DNA of 63,829 nt, counting the filler, from Collodictyon triciliatum (Eukaryota): assembly GCA_043381765.1 (NCBI GenBank). It is 4 parts of 4 records of this genome, joined end to end, with 100 filler letters (N's around TTAATTAATTAA, not from the genome) between each part and the next. Parts side by side here need not be neighbours in the genome. Positions count along the whole stretch, not along the records: positions 16,559 to 33,003 come from JBHJMP010001550.1; positions 33,104 to 49,518 come from JBHJMP010001551.1; 2 more parts are not named here. The stretch is one strand, 5' to 3'. Positions 27,222 through 39,300 of the stretch are shown piece by piece. Both the position numbers and the translations under genes were made by a program. Within the stretch, counting starts at the first letter, position 1; every line of letters begins with the position of its first letter. The notes below the pieces were generated by a model. That model searched no databases, had not been told where the DNA came from, and was given only the letters and a program-made list of their open reading frames with translations.

Positions 27222-30200
27222 TTATGCGCTGGGGCCATTCTCGTCGCCATCGTCATCGTTTTCGTCTACCTCGAGAGAGCTTTCGCTCAGGTCCTGCAGA
27301 ATGGCCCACCACGCGTCGAACTCTGACTGTGTCGGGGCCTGGAAGAATGAAAGAAAGGTAGAAAGAAATAAAGGTAGAAAGAAAGAAAGGTAGAAAGGAA
27401 GCATCATCAGACGATAGACAAAGATGCCAACAAGGTCAGGCGCCACGCACCTTGAAGGTCCACGTGACATCCCGCGACTTTAGCACAAAGCCAAGTGTGG
27501 AGGATTCTGCATTCAGCGGGTCGACCTACAAGATGACAGAAGGCGTCAAAGCCTGCCTCCAAGCGGAGCACCAACAATAGGGATTACACACTGTTTTTTT
27601 CTCCTAAAATAAAACAAAAAACAAAAAACAAAAAACAAAAAACAAAAAACAAAAAACAAAAAACAAAATAACAAGAAAAAAAAAACAAACGAAACAAAGA
27701 AACAAACGGTGAAGGGGAGACTGAGGTCCAGCTCTGCCTGCAACGGACGGACGGTGTCTGGGTAGATGGAGATGCGGCGGTAGACGTAGTCGAGGACAAC
27801 AAACTTTGAGGACCAGAGGAGGGCGATGGCGCCCATCTGCTTGGCGAGATAGCCGCTCTTCCCGGAGATGAAGGGACACAGGTCCTGGAAAGGCATGTGG
27901 GTGTTCAGACGGGCGTGGCACTCGAGACAGAGCCATCGGGTCTGGTCATTGGGGAGGCGGGTCAGGCGCAGGAGCGGGGCCCACGAGTTGTACGGGTCGG
28001 CCTCCTTGAGCCACAACTCGACCGCATCATCCGCATCGGCCTCCTCGAGCGCATCGTACTGCAGGTCCGACGCCACGCCCATCGCCTGCCGATACAGGTC
28101 CGCGCCGTGGATGACGCTGCCGCCCTGGTCTGTGGACGGCCGATGCGAAGGGACGGGCGGGGCAGAGGCAGAGGCAGAGGCAGATGCGGATGCGGAGGGC
28201 GAGTCGGCGGCAGAGTCTGCAGAGAGGGGAGGGCGATGCGGGACGCGATGGAGGGAGAGGGAGAGGGAGGATTTCCTGCGGGGGCGCGGGGCGAGGTCCG
28301 GGAGGAGGAGGAGGGAGGAGGAGCGGGCGTGGGAGAGGGAGTCGGCGAGGGAGACGAAGTGCGGGCGGCGGGCGAAGAGGCGGGCCGGGGAGACGTCTGC
28401 AGGGGGGCAGTGGCGCAGGGAGTCGAGGATGCGCATGGCCCAGTGGCCGTGGCGGCGGAGGAGGGCGGGGAGGGCGACGCGGGGGAGTTGGAAGGCGGGG
28501 TGGGGCAGGGGGTGGGGGCCGAGGGGGTTGTCGCAGAGGAGATGCAGCTGCAGATGGGGAGGAGAGACGCCGAGGCGCAGGTCGAAGAGGACCGGGAGGT
28601 CCAGGACGGCAGGGCGGGAGGCTGGACTGGGGCGGATGCGGCCGGCCATCCAGTCTGCGGCGGGGAGGGTGTGGCTGTTGCAGCAGCGGAGCGGGTCCGG
28701 GGCGGCGTGGAGGGGCGCGTCGAGGAGGCGGACGCCGCAGTGGTCGGGGGGGATGCCGCGGCGCACGCACTCGGGGCACAGGACGAGGCGCTCGCAGGCC
28801 ACGCCCGGGTAGGCGTCGAGGAGGGAGCGGGCCTCGAAGAGCAGCAGGTTGAGGGCGCGCCAGGGCGAGTGGGCGGGGTGGGGCGAGCGGGCGAGGAGGA
28901 CCAGGCCGGGGTCGCGGCCGGGCAGGGGCTGGATGCAGACGGCGATGTCCGGGTGTGCGCGGCCGGCGGGCTCGACGGGGAAGTCGAAGACCAGGTGGGA
29001 GGCGGAGCAGTGCCACCAGGCGGCGTCGGGGGCGGCGTGCAGCAGGCGCATCTTTGCGTGGACGGCGGCGGCGAGGCGCGGCAGGAGCGCGGCCGGGGCG
29101 CGGTCGAGGCGCAGGGCGCAGGCGGCGGCAGCGGCGGTCCCCTCGCGCGGCGCACGCACGGGCCAGCGGAAGAGCGGCGGCAGCCCCCGCGGCAGCAGCA
29201 GCGCCACGGCCTCCACGCCGCCCGCCGTCGGGACCAGCACGCCCGCCGCGCGCAGCAGCTGCACCAGCCGCCCCTGCGTCCCCGCCGCCAGCGACTCGGC
29301 CAGCACGCGCACCGCCCGCGTCCCCACCGCCCCCGACCCCGCCCCGTGCCGCCGCGCCCCGCACACCACCGCCCCGACCACCCCGAGGAACCGCCCCGGC
29401 GCGCACACCACCGTCTCCCGCGTCTCCGTGCCTTTTGCGTCCCACAGCGCCAGGCCGTGCTGGTGCACAAACCCCGCCGCCTCGTGCTGCTCCCCGCGCC
29501 CGCCGCCCTGCGTCGCCTCCTCCAGCGTCAGAAGGTCGAGCCGCGTCCGTCGCCGCCGCAGCCGCGCAGCCGCCCCCCGCAGCACGGGCTCTCCGACAAT
29601 CGCCTGCAGATGCGGCAGATGCTGCGCCGCCTCCTGGATGCTCTCCACCACCCGCTGCGCCCCCTCGCCAGACATCGCCTCTCCGCTCCCGCCGCTCACG
29701 TCGATCGGCCCGATGATCTTGATGTGCTCCCGGTGCGCCTCGCAGACCCGCTCCAGCTCCTTCTTTTCCTTTGCATATGCCTCTGCTTCTGCTGCTTCTG
29801 CTGCTTCTCTTGCTTCTGCTCCCCTCTTCGTCACAAGAATCACCCGTGCCCCCGGCGTCGCTGCTGCTAGCTCCGTCAGCCAGAACGACAGGCGGCTTCG
29901 CTCCACGCCCGCTGCCATGTCCACATACACAATCGCCATCGTGTATGTGTGGAGAACAAACTGGCTAACAATCGAAAAGAACACACTGTCGGTAAACTCC
30001 CAGATTTGAAAGTGCAGCGACGCCATCTCGGGAGTGGCGCTCTCCGCTGGCACGTGCAGAAGCTTCTCGTGGATGCGGAACAAAGAGGACACTTCTTCAG
30101 GTAGAGCTTCTTCTTCACCGCCTCCACTTCCTTCTATTTCTTCTTCTTCTCTTTTCTTCTTTTCAATTCGACATTCATCTTCTTTGTTCTCATCTTTGTC

Positions 30201-32487
30201 TTCTTCTTCAATTTGGTTATGCTCCTCTTTTGTAGTCTCTTCTCCAGCATCAGCATCAGCATCATTAGCATCAGCATCAGCATCATTAGCATCACCATCA
30301 TTAGCATCACCATCATCATCAACATCATCATCGACTTCAAATGGATATGGAGACCAGAAATGCACAGGGGACGGGGAGTACGACAGCAGCGACTTTACAA
30401 AATTTGACGAATCATACACAGCTTCATCCTGAAGAAACAAAATTCGTGACCGTGTCCATGTACATCTTGCTCGCCAGGCTTGTTTCAATGTTTGTAGCAA
30501 CTTCTCTGGTCCTGCAGACACAAGGGCCTTGTCCTTTGGGCACAACGTATCTCCGTTATTTGCCACATACAAATACAATAATCGGTCAAGTCCACCCAGA
30601 AATGCAGGGATGCGCACAAGGCTATTTGCTTTCAAATTTAAATGCACAAGATGCTTCATGTCCTCAAAAAAGTTTGGAATCGAGGAGATTCGATTCTGAG
30701 CCAAATCCAGATGACTAAGCAGGGTCAGGGTATGAATCACAGGTGGAACCTCTGAAAGTCCAATATCAGACGCCAACAACACACAAAGTTTCTTGCAGAG
30801 GGAAAGTGACTCCGGCAACGAACCAAGCGGGTTATGGTTCAAACTCAACTGAGTCAAAAGCCCCATGGCTGGGAATACCCTTTCAAGAACAGGAAGCGAC
30901 GTCACCCCAACGATTTGGTTATCTTCAAGGCGGAGTGTACTCACATCCAAATCCCGCTTCTTTAATACTTTTGCAGACTCTGCAACATACATTATAGACT
31001 CTGGTAATCTAGCCAGGTCTAAAGAACTCAAATCCCAGACAGTTGACTTTGCAACATGCGCTGTCCATACAACAAGATCGGCATGCAATATGTCACTGTT
31101 ATCATGTAAGGTCAAGTGTGTCAGATGAATAAGAGAACGCAATAGTCGATTCGGGATAGACGTGATGCGGTTGTTGTCCAATGTCAAATGACACAAAGGA
31201 AACTCGTGTTGACTGCTTGTATCCTCCTCGGAATTCATCAAAGGCAACGCAATAATCTTATTTTGATGAAGTAATAGCTGGGATAAAGATGGACATGAAG
31301 TTAAAAGCCAGTCAGGAAAATGTGTCAGGCCATTCTTGTGCAAATCTAAAACACGGAGTGAACTGAGCCACATCAAGGTTGCTGGAAACCCTGGGCCGAT
31401 GCTATTGTCCGACCCGTCCAGCTTGTACAAAGATGTCAGATATTGTAGAGTCTCTGGTAGCTGAGAAAGTCCCCTTGCACTCACATCAAGAATCATTTCT
31501 GAGAATATCAACAATTATTTTGTTATAAAAAAAATCAACAATTATTTTGCTGCTGCTATAATTGATAACATGGTTCATATGTATAAAGATTATTTATCGT
31601 TGTACAAAAAAATATTCATTTTTTCCATCTTCCTTCCTTTCTTTATTTTATTTATTATTGCTGATATGTTATTATTACTACTACTACTCTATTTTACAAT
31701 TCACTTGCTTTGTCTTTTTTTGTATATTTCCTCTTTTGTATATTTTTTTTATACAAATGAAAAATACAATAAAAATAAAAGATGGCTTGAGTACCACATG
31801 TTCCAATGTAAGATTACCTGGCGTGCTTACAAAGGCAGACTTTTGTGTAATAAACAAACTCCACACAGCAGCCTCATTATCGGGAATCGGATTCCCATCC
31901 ATCGGAGCAAAGCGCAGCACATTCATATGGAACAGAAAAGATTCAATGCCAGTAAGCAAATTGCGCTGCACATCCAGCGTCTGCAGACGAACCAAAGCAC
32001 TAAGTTCCTGGGGAAGCAGAGAGACACGATTATCAGACATATGGAGCGACTGCAGATTGGATAGGCGGCCGATTTCTGGAGGCAGTGACGTAAGTGCGTT
32101 GTGTGAGAGGGTGATAACTTGAAGACGGTAGAGAAGACCGAGGCCGAGGCCATGAAGAGTTGTGATTCTGTTTGCGTGGAGGAAAAGCCGCTCCATGCGC
32201 GTGAGCCTGGACAACTCACGAGGCAGAGATAGCAGCTGGTTGCTCTGCACATTGAGCTCAACAAGACGCTCGAATCTGCTGAGGATTGCGGCATCGATGG
32301 CCTGCAGTTGATTGTGAGGCAGCCAAAGGATTTCAATCTGCGTCAGCTGCGAAAGGTAGACAGGGAGTTCGTGGAGGCCTTCGCGATCCAGCTTGACTTC
32401 AGTCAGATCCTGCAGATCAGCCCCGCTCAAGTCTGTAAAGCGTGTGCGGCTGCGTCCCGTGAAGCTAAACGATACTCGTCGCGACAT
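27222..32487 (-). CDS. LRR / degenerate Roc GTPase / COR-like / zinc-ribbon / PH-domain protein (Roco-like), about 4 exons
   Basis: LRRs in ORFs 31684-32487 and the first ~340 aa of 27546-31514. Roc-like remnants RSRILFLQ, FQIWEF, LSFWLTELAAATPGARVILV. COR-like FVHQHGLAL and LLPRLAA. CPEC...CCNSH zinc ribbon. PH domain SGYLAKQMG...WSSKFVVL, completed by small exons VDPLNAESSTLGFVLKSRDVTWTFK and APTQSEFDAWWAILQ; stop at 27222. Confidence 0.8.
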
Positions 32488-32608
32488 TCGTTCTGTCTTG
32501 CGAAAGGTATGTGCTTTCTTTATCCCTTTTTCTTTTTCCCTTTCCTGTGCTCCTTTGAATCTTGCTTTGTCCTGGGCAGTTCTTTTGTTTCAGGGGGATG
32601 AAGATTGC

Positions 32609-33003
32609 TTTAGTTTAGTTTAGTTTAGTTTAGTTTAGTTTAGTTTAGTTTAGTTTAGTTGTTGCTGAGTTCTGCTTTTGTTCTACTCTGTTTGGTTTTG
32701 ATCAGGAAAGGGAGTATGATTGCGGTGGTGGTCGCGCGCAGGCTGATATGCTTTCCGAGCAGTCTTGAAAAAATGAGGGCGACGGGGAAGAAGGAAAAGA
32801 AGGAAAAGAAGGAAAAGAAGGAAAAGAAGGAAAAGAAGGAAAAGAAGGAAAAGAAGGAAAAGAAGAAGAAAAAAAAGAAGGAATAAGAAGGAATAAGAAG
32901 GAATAAGAAAGAAGGAATAAGAAAGAAGGAATAAGAAAGAAGGAATAAGAAAGAAGGAATAAGAAAGAAGGAATAAGAAAGAAGGAATAAGAAAGAAGGA
33001 ATA
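32609..33003. repeat. (TTTAG)n and purine-rich tandem repeats (AAGGAAAAG, GAAAGAAGGAATAA) at contig end
   Basis: Arrays at 32609-32659 and ~32788-33003. Confidence 0.9.
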
Positions 33004-33103
33004 NNNNNNNNNNNNNNNNNNNNNNNNNNNNNNNNNNNNNNNNNNNNTTAATTAATTAANNNNNNNNNNNNNNNNNNNNNNNNNNNNNNNNNNNNNNNNN
33101 NNN
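33004..33103. other. Artificial contig spacer N-TTAATTAATTAA-N
   Basis: Linker at 33048-33059. Confidence 0.97.
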
Positions 33104-33206
<103 letters not shown>

Positions 33207-33304
33207 ATGCACACGTAGCATTTTAAAATCGAAAGGTTGGAAAGTCATCCCTTCTAACAGCACAGAAATATTGAAATACTCGATTATTTTTCCCTGTGGA
33301 TTAC

Positions 33305-36300
33305 CTTTGTTGTGAAGTGCTCCACAATAGATAGGATTTCAGCCACTTTCCCTTCCTCGGCACACGTTTTGATTTGGTTGATGAGCCTGTGCGTATGAAG
33401 GTCGATACTAGCAAGGTCTCGATGAGACAAGGGCTCCCGAATCTAGTTTGATTCCATATCATATTTGATGTTATGTATTTTTTTTTAAAAAAAAATAAAT
33501 AATTAATTTAATAGTTGTTCCTAAACATATTTCATTAATTCAGCTCCAACGTGACCAGCGAAAAATAAAAGTAAAATAATGATTGTATACAAACCAGCTT
33601 CTTCCAGAAAAAGTCGGCCATGTTTATATTCAAAGGGGTTGCTTGGGAAAGAAAAATTAGGGTGTTGCTTTTGTCAGAAAATTCATGGACTGCCGCTTTG
33701 TATAGAAAATAATGAATGAATATGATCTCACATGATGTAACTGCTATTCCGATGAGTTTTCCGACGCACATGTACAGTTGGTTATATTTGACATCAGTGG
33801 ATGATGGGTTGATAATCCATCGATTTCTGTTTTCCCCGACTGCATCGTGTCCACGTTCAGCATCTGCAGAATTGGGGCACTGAATGAACAGAGAGACAAA
33901 CGTCGATTGCAACTCATTGCATACAGATGCCACAGAATCACGATACGGGCCACCTATTCAAAGCAAGTGGTTTTATGTGTGCAGATACGAATGGCGAGCA
34001 TCTTTAAATAAGGTATGCTTCAAATATGGAGGAATGATGGGATGAGAAGAGCGTGTCCATTTCGTGTATGTGCGTCAAAAGGAATATTCTTGATTTGTCG
34101 TTGTACCGTGGTCATTGGCTCTTTCGTTGACGAGCTCAACCTTCCATCCTCTCTCAGAGTTTCGGAGTGCGGTGTTGCTTTGAGAATTAAGCTCATTTGC
34201 AAGTTGGTATATAAGTGAATCTTTGATACCTAAGCAGAGATATAGCATGATTAGGGGGTATAGATAAAAGAAAGTGTTTTGTGAGTTGTAAGTGGTTTTA
34301 TATTCTCGAGTAGTGGAACAGAGGATAAAAAAAAAAAAATACTAGATGGATTTGAAGCCAGAATTCGGTTCAGCTTGATTGTCGGTACACTTCCACTCGG
34401 GGCATGTGTCTTGGACCGAACCAAGTTGAAGAAGTGCCTCTTGATCGGTAGCAAGATGAATTGCTTGTATTTTATCATATTGGAGAAGAACATGGAAGAT
34501 TCCTATTGCAAGAAAAAATTATTCATGAAGCAGGGGGGCTGAATGGGAATCCCGTGGTACGAGTCTAAATAATAAATAGTTTGCGAACTGGCTGTAGAAC
34601 CAAAGATATATATTCATCGACAGAAAGAAAAGACCCACCAATCCTCTTGAATTAGCAGATTCGATCAAGAGCTTGAAAACAGTGGCATTGAATCGGAGGA
34701 TGACAAAAGCATGCAGGTAAATTGATTGTTTGGGTACTTGATACTTTGATTCGATTTTCTCAACTTCAACCATGTTTAGTGATTTGAATGCGTCGTTGGT
34801 ATTAAACTTCCAGGACGACATATCTGAGGAACCGAACGAAGGAGGCTTTATTTTGCCCTCCATGAATTTCATGATAGCATCACAACAAAGATCAGGAACT
34901 CTCTCCTCCAGATATTGTTGAATAGATGCATCAGTAAAGGTTACTTGACTTGGGATTAGTTGCACGAAAGTCGTCAGTTTTTTCACAAGTATTGTAGGCA
35001 GTGGGTCAGTTTGACTCAGGGTTTGAGAGCATACTTTGATTTTTTTTACCCGCGTCGAGAGTTTTTGAAGCTTCTGCTCTATCTCCGATAGCTTTACTGG
35101 TGTTGACGAAATTTGAGCTGACAAGAGTTTAATGTCGAGTCGCGGCTGGGAGTCCCCTTCAACAAAATCGAAGCTTTGTCCCGGCTCCACTACGAAAGGA
35201 ACGCTGGCCGGTGCAGTTCCTTGGTGTCTAATTTGCAAGAGACTGCGGCTTTTGTAATTGACAGACAATGACATCTTTCCGCCCTCTCCCTCCTTGAGCT
35301 CGATTGTCAGAGCATCAATTAGCATCAATAATGAAATCATGGAGCTTAAGAGCCTCATCGATTTTTGCTGAATGTGAAGTGAGAGGATAGCACATATGCG
35401 CACCTGCTTTCCACTCACCAAGGGCACGTCGAGTATAAAGGTCTCTTCAATATCAGGAAGGGTAAATGAAAGTTGTATTATATGAGTGTTCTCTGGATTT
35501 CCATGAAGACCACCTTCGGAAAATGCAGATAGGATATCCGCAAATGGAAGTAACACTTCTGTGGAATTGGAGGATGTCTGCAAGGCTTTTTTCCAAGTGA
35601 ATTCATGTAATCGCTTGCGGTACTCCGCGTTCAGGTGGTCTACAAGATTTAACATCCATAAGAGATACCATGGGACTTCTTTTGTGTTGGAAGACTCGGA
35701 CGCTCCATTCAAGAAAACATCGATAATGGGACGATATATATCCACTTCTTGGTTTCTTGTAATAAGCAAGTGTGCCAAGCATAGTGACATGCAAAAATCA
35801 GGCCCACCAGCTTCAAAAGCCGTGGGAACTTCCTTTATATTTTCTTGGATAATTTGCACCAATTTTTGGATGACATCCTTGGAAACTGTAGGATTGTCAC
35901 TCTTGATCAGAGAGTCTATCTTTACCTCCAGTGCCAGTAGAATGGATGGTTTGACATGGCTATCCCTAGCCAGCTCTAGTTTCAGGATGGAGTCATAGTT
36001 TTCTACAGCCAGATTATGTATAATGTGTCTGAGAATGTGCAAGGGCGGTGAATGAGAGTTCCATTCGTTGGTACCGAGCCAAATATGAGTAAGGCATTGA
36101 GTGGCGTACAAGCGACTGAAATGGTTTTCCAGTTCGATGCCTATTCAAACCGAGATTGAGTCCCAGGTTTTTCGTTATTTTTTTGTTATTATTTTTTTAT
36201 TGTTATTTTTTATTGTTATTTTTTATTGTTATTTTTTATTGTTATTTTTTATTGTTATTTTTTATTGTTATTTTTTATTGTTATTTTTTATTGTTATTTT

Positions 36301-39300
36301 TTTATTGTTATTGTTATTGTTTAGGAGATTATACATTGATATATGAAAAGAAAGCATGGTATATCGTATAGAAACGACCGAAAGAAAAAAATTATCAATA
36401 GTAGGTTTAAGGTTCTTTAGGCTTCTCTGGATATGGCTATCTAGTCTAGATAAATATATACCTTCGTTGGTAGAACGCTCAAAGCCCCACGACAACAATA
36501 CTGGATAAAAATTCTTCTTTTTGGATTTCTTAACTTCGTCTATTGGCCATATCCTGTTCTGATTTGGTGCAACCTCTTTGTCTACTTTGATGTATTTCCC
36601 GTCCTCTGATATGGAAACAACCTGAACAATCTGATTTTTTTGATCGAAGTAAGGAAAAAAATTCAGTATAAAGTGTCGTTCAATTTTTTGGATGTAAATA
36701 ATCAATCTAATCATGCGGCCAATTCCGTGGGGATATACAATCCATCAATCAAGAAAATTTTGGGTTTTGCAAATATAGCCTCATATGATTAAATCGTGAA
36801 ACTAGAAAAGTGCAAGAATATCCACAAACTTCATCTTTTATGATGACATAATCGCCAATACAGTAAGACGGTGGGGGAGAATAGCGGCTGTAACCCTTTT
36901 TCCATACATCACTAATATGACCCTCGATAGCCTCTTGGGACATCTTTTGAAGGTATTTGTATGAATAAATAGAAAGTATGTCCGTATGCGCATATGAGAC
37001 AGAGAATGGGAAAAATAATGCTAATCATCAATCAGTTTCATAAATGTATAAAATTGGTATATACGAAAAACATTTGGACTCACTTCTTCTGTTTTCACGA
37101 TAGAATCCGAGTTAACGATGTTCCATAATTCTGAGTCGAATACTCCCGACAATTGCACATCCCCAGTATTCATTTGGCTAAGAGCAAAGCTTGCAAGATC
37201 AAATTGGAAGGCATCTCTTCCAAAGTTAGCTTTGATGGAAACGCAAGATTGGCCTAGATTTTGAAAAGCTGGGTAGAGGATTCCTTTAACATGCGAAAAG
37301 GCATATCCTAGTAATGAAAGTTCAATCAGAAAAGAAGGCACAAGACGTGCTGAGATATTATTTTTCATGTAAAGATATATGCAAACACATGGCTGTGTTG
37401 AATTAATACACTCGAAAAGGGAATCAAAAATGTTTGCAGTAACCGAACCTATAAACATGCCGTTCTTTGTAAAGAAAATACGGTTTTCATTCTTTGTCCA
37501 ACCAACTCCAATAACATCATCCGTTTCGATTGGATATCCAAAAGGCAACATCTGTTCGTATTAAATTATTGATAGTCAGGCTGCAATTGCTAAACTCTCT
37601 GTATGAAATTTGTTTGCGTTCAGTCAAAGCCCTACCTTCTTGGCTTCGCTCTCTGTTTTTGAATTGATAACTAGTCCGGGCCAGAAGCGGAAGCCCTTTT
37701 TCGCCCTGGACCCATAACCGTATGTATTGATGACCGATGAAGACCCAGCCTTCGCTGTCGGGGTGAAAAAGCCGAAACCAAACTCACTAAATAGAAGAGG
37801 TTTCTTTTAATCAATTTGTGATATTGTTGTTGTTGCTGGTGTTGTTTAAATAATAACAAGATTTGTGTTTCCTAGGCAAAGCAAAAATACATTTTTTGTT
37901 GTTGTTAAGTGAGCACATATTTTAGTGATTATTTTGCAGTAACTCGTGTTTGATATGCTCAAAAAAAAAAAACCTTTTTTCATCTGACCCAGTGATAGTT
38001 ACTTCGAAATAGTACAAACAAGCAGTTGGTGGGATAGGTTGGTCTGTAATCGCGACCATTGGATGTCTACAATTCATCGTTTGAAAAAAAAAATCGAATA
38101 AAAAACTGGCCTCTCGTTTAAAATTATTTTCTTAGTGAGATTTTATATTTAAGAAATGAAGGGAACCACGTCCTTATTTACTGAAATTTCTTACACGCCT
38201 GAGCGCAGATGATTCTTCATGTTAAAAGCATATTCTGAATTCCAGAACTGAGGGAAATTTCTCGTGGATTCGAGAGAATCTTTGTGTGTTGCCTCCATGG
38301 ATAGCATTTCATCGGAAAATATGGAGTGAAGGATGGGATGAAGCCCTCCTTGTGACCAAGCATTGATACTCCTGTACTGGTTTTTGAAGTCGAGATGAAC
38401 TGACTCTAAATCACGAACTGTACTCAGGGGCTTCGATGATGAATGAACGAGGATATCATTCACAGATGAGGAGGAGTTTGTTGTGTGTGTAGGTAGAATG
38501 AAGGCGGCGATGGAATCTGTAACAATAGTTTAGTATTAAACACGCTTTTGACGTGACAGAGAATTTTATAAACTCGGCGTTGTATGAGAATTAAAATATG
38601 AGAAGACAAATTAACGGAAAATAAATTAAATGCATGTATTTAAAGAGAAAGTGGACTGTTTAAATACATGAGTAGCTTACTGATTGTCTCCTCGTCAAGT
38701 TCTCTTGGAAATAGATTGGCTATATTCCTGAAATATCTTATCAATGAACATCTCGATTGGGACCACAGATACTTTTCAGTGATATCAAGAAGGTTGTATT
38801 TTGAATTCGAAATATCCAGTAGATTTTTTGAGATAAGCAAGAAGCTCATGGGGGATTGAATCTAATTTAAGGCTCTTAGTGTTAGTAATTCCTATGACAC
38901 TTACAAAGATTTCCTCGTGATTTCATGGGACACAAAAGAGAAGAAAAAAGAAAAAGAAAAAAGAACATTAGACTTACACTGTACGCAGGTATCAGATTAT
39001 GGAGTGGAATGTTTCGAGTATGGTTTGATTTATCCATTAATACTGATGCTGTGTTGTTTTCTCCATCAATCAGTTTTACCACACCAGAGTCCGTCAGAGA
39101 GGGAAGAACTGTAACCTTTGAATTTACTCTACATCTGTCATACACACCCCCTGTAATAGATATCAGTATTGCGAATGATATTAGACTTAAAAAATGATAT
39201 GAAATCGATTTAGAAAAAATCGATTATGGTTCTAACCTAACATGGCAGAGCAACCCACAACTAGCTCAATATCCAAGATGTGTTTGCGAAGTTTGTATTG

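Noticed and set aside
27868-30009. Multiple long overlapping ORFs on both strands
   Set aside because: Shadow ORFs caused by stop-codon scarcity in very GC-rich DNA. Only the frame continuous with the LRR and PH domains has recognisable motifs.
32609-32659. (TTTAG)n as a telomeric repeat
   Set aside because: Short, internal, and one of many simple repeats.
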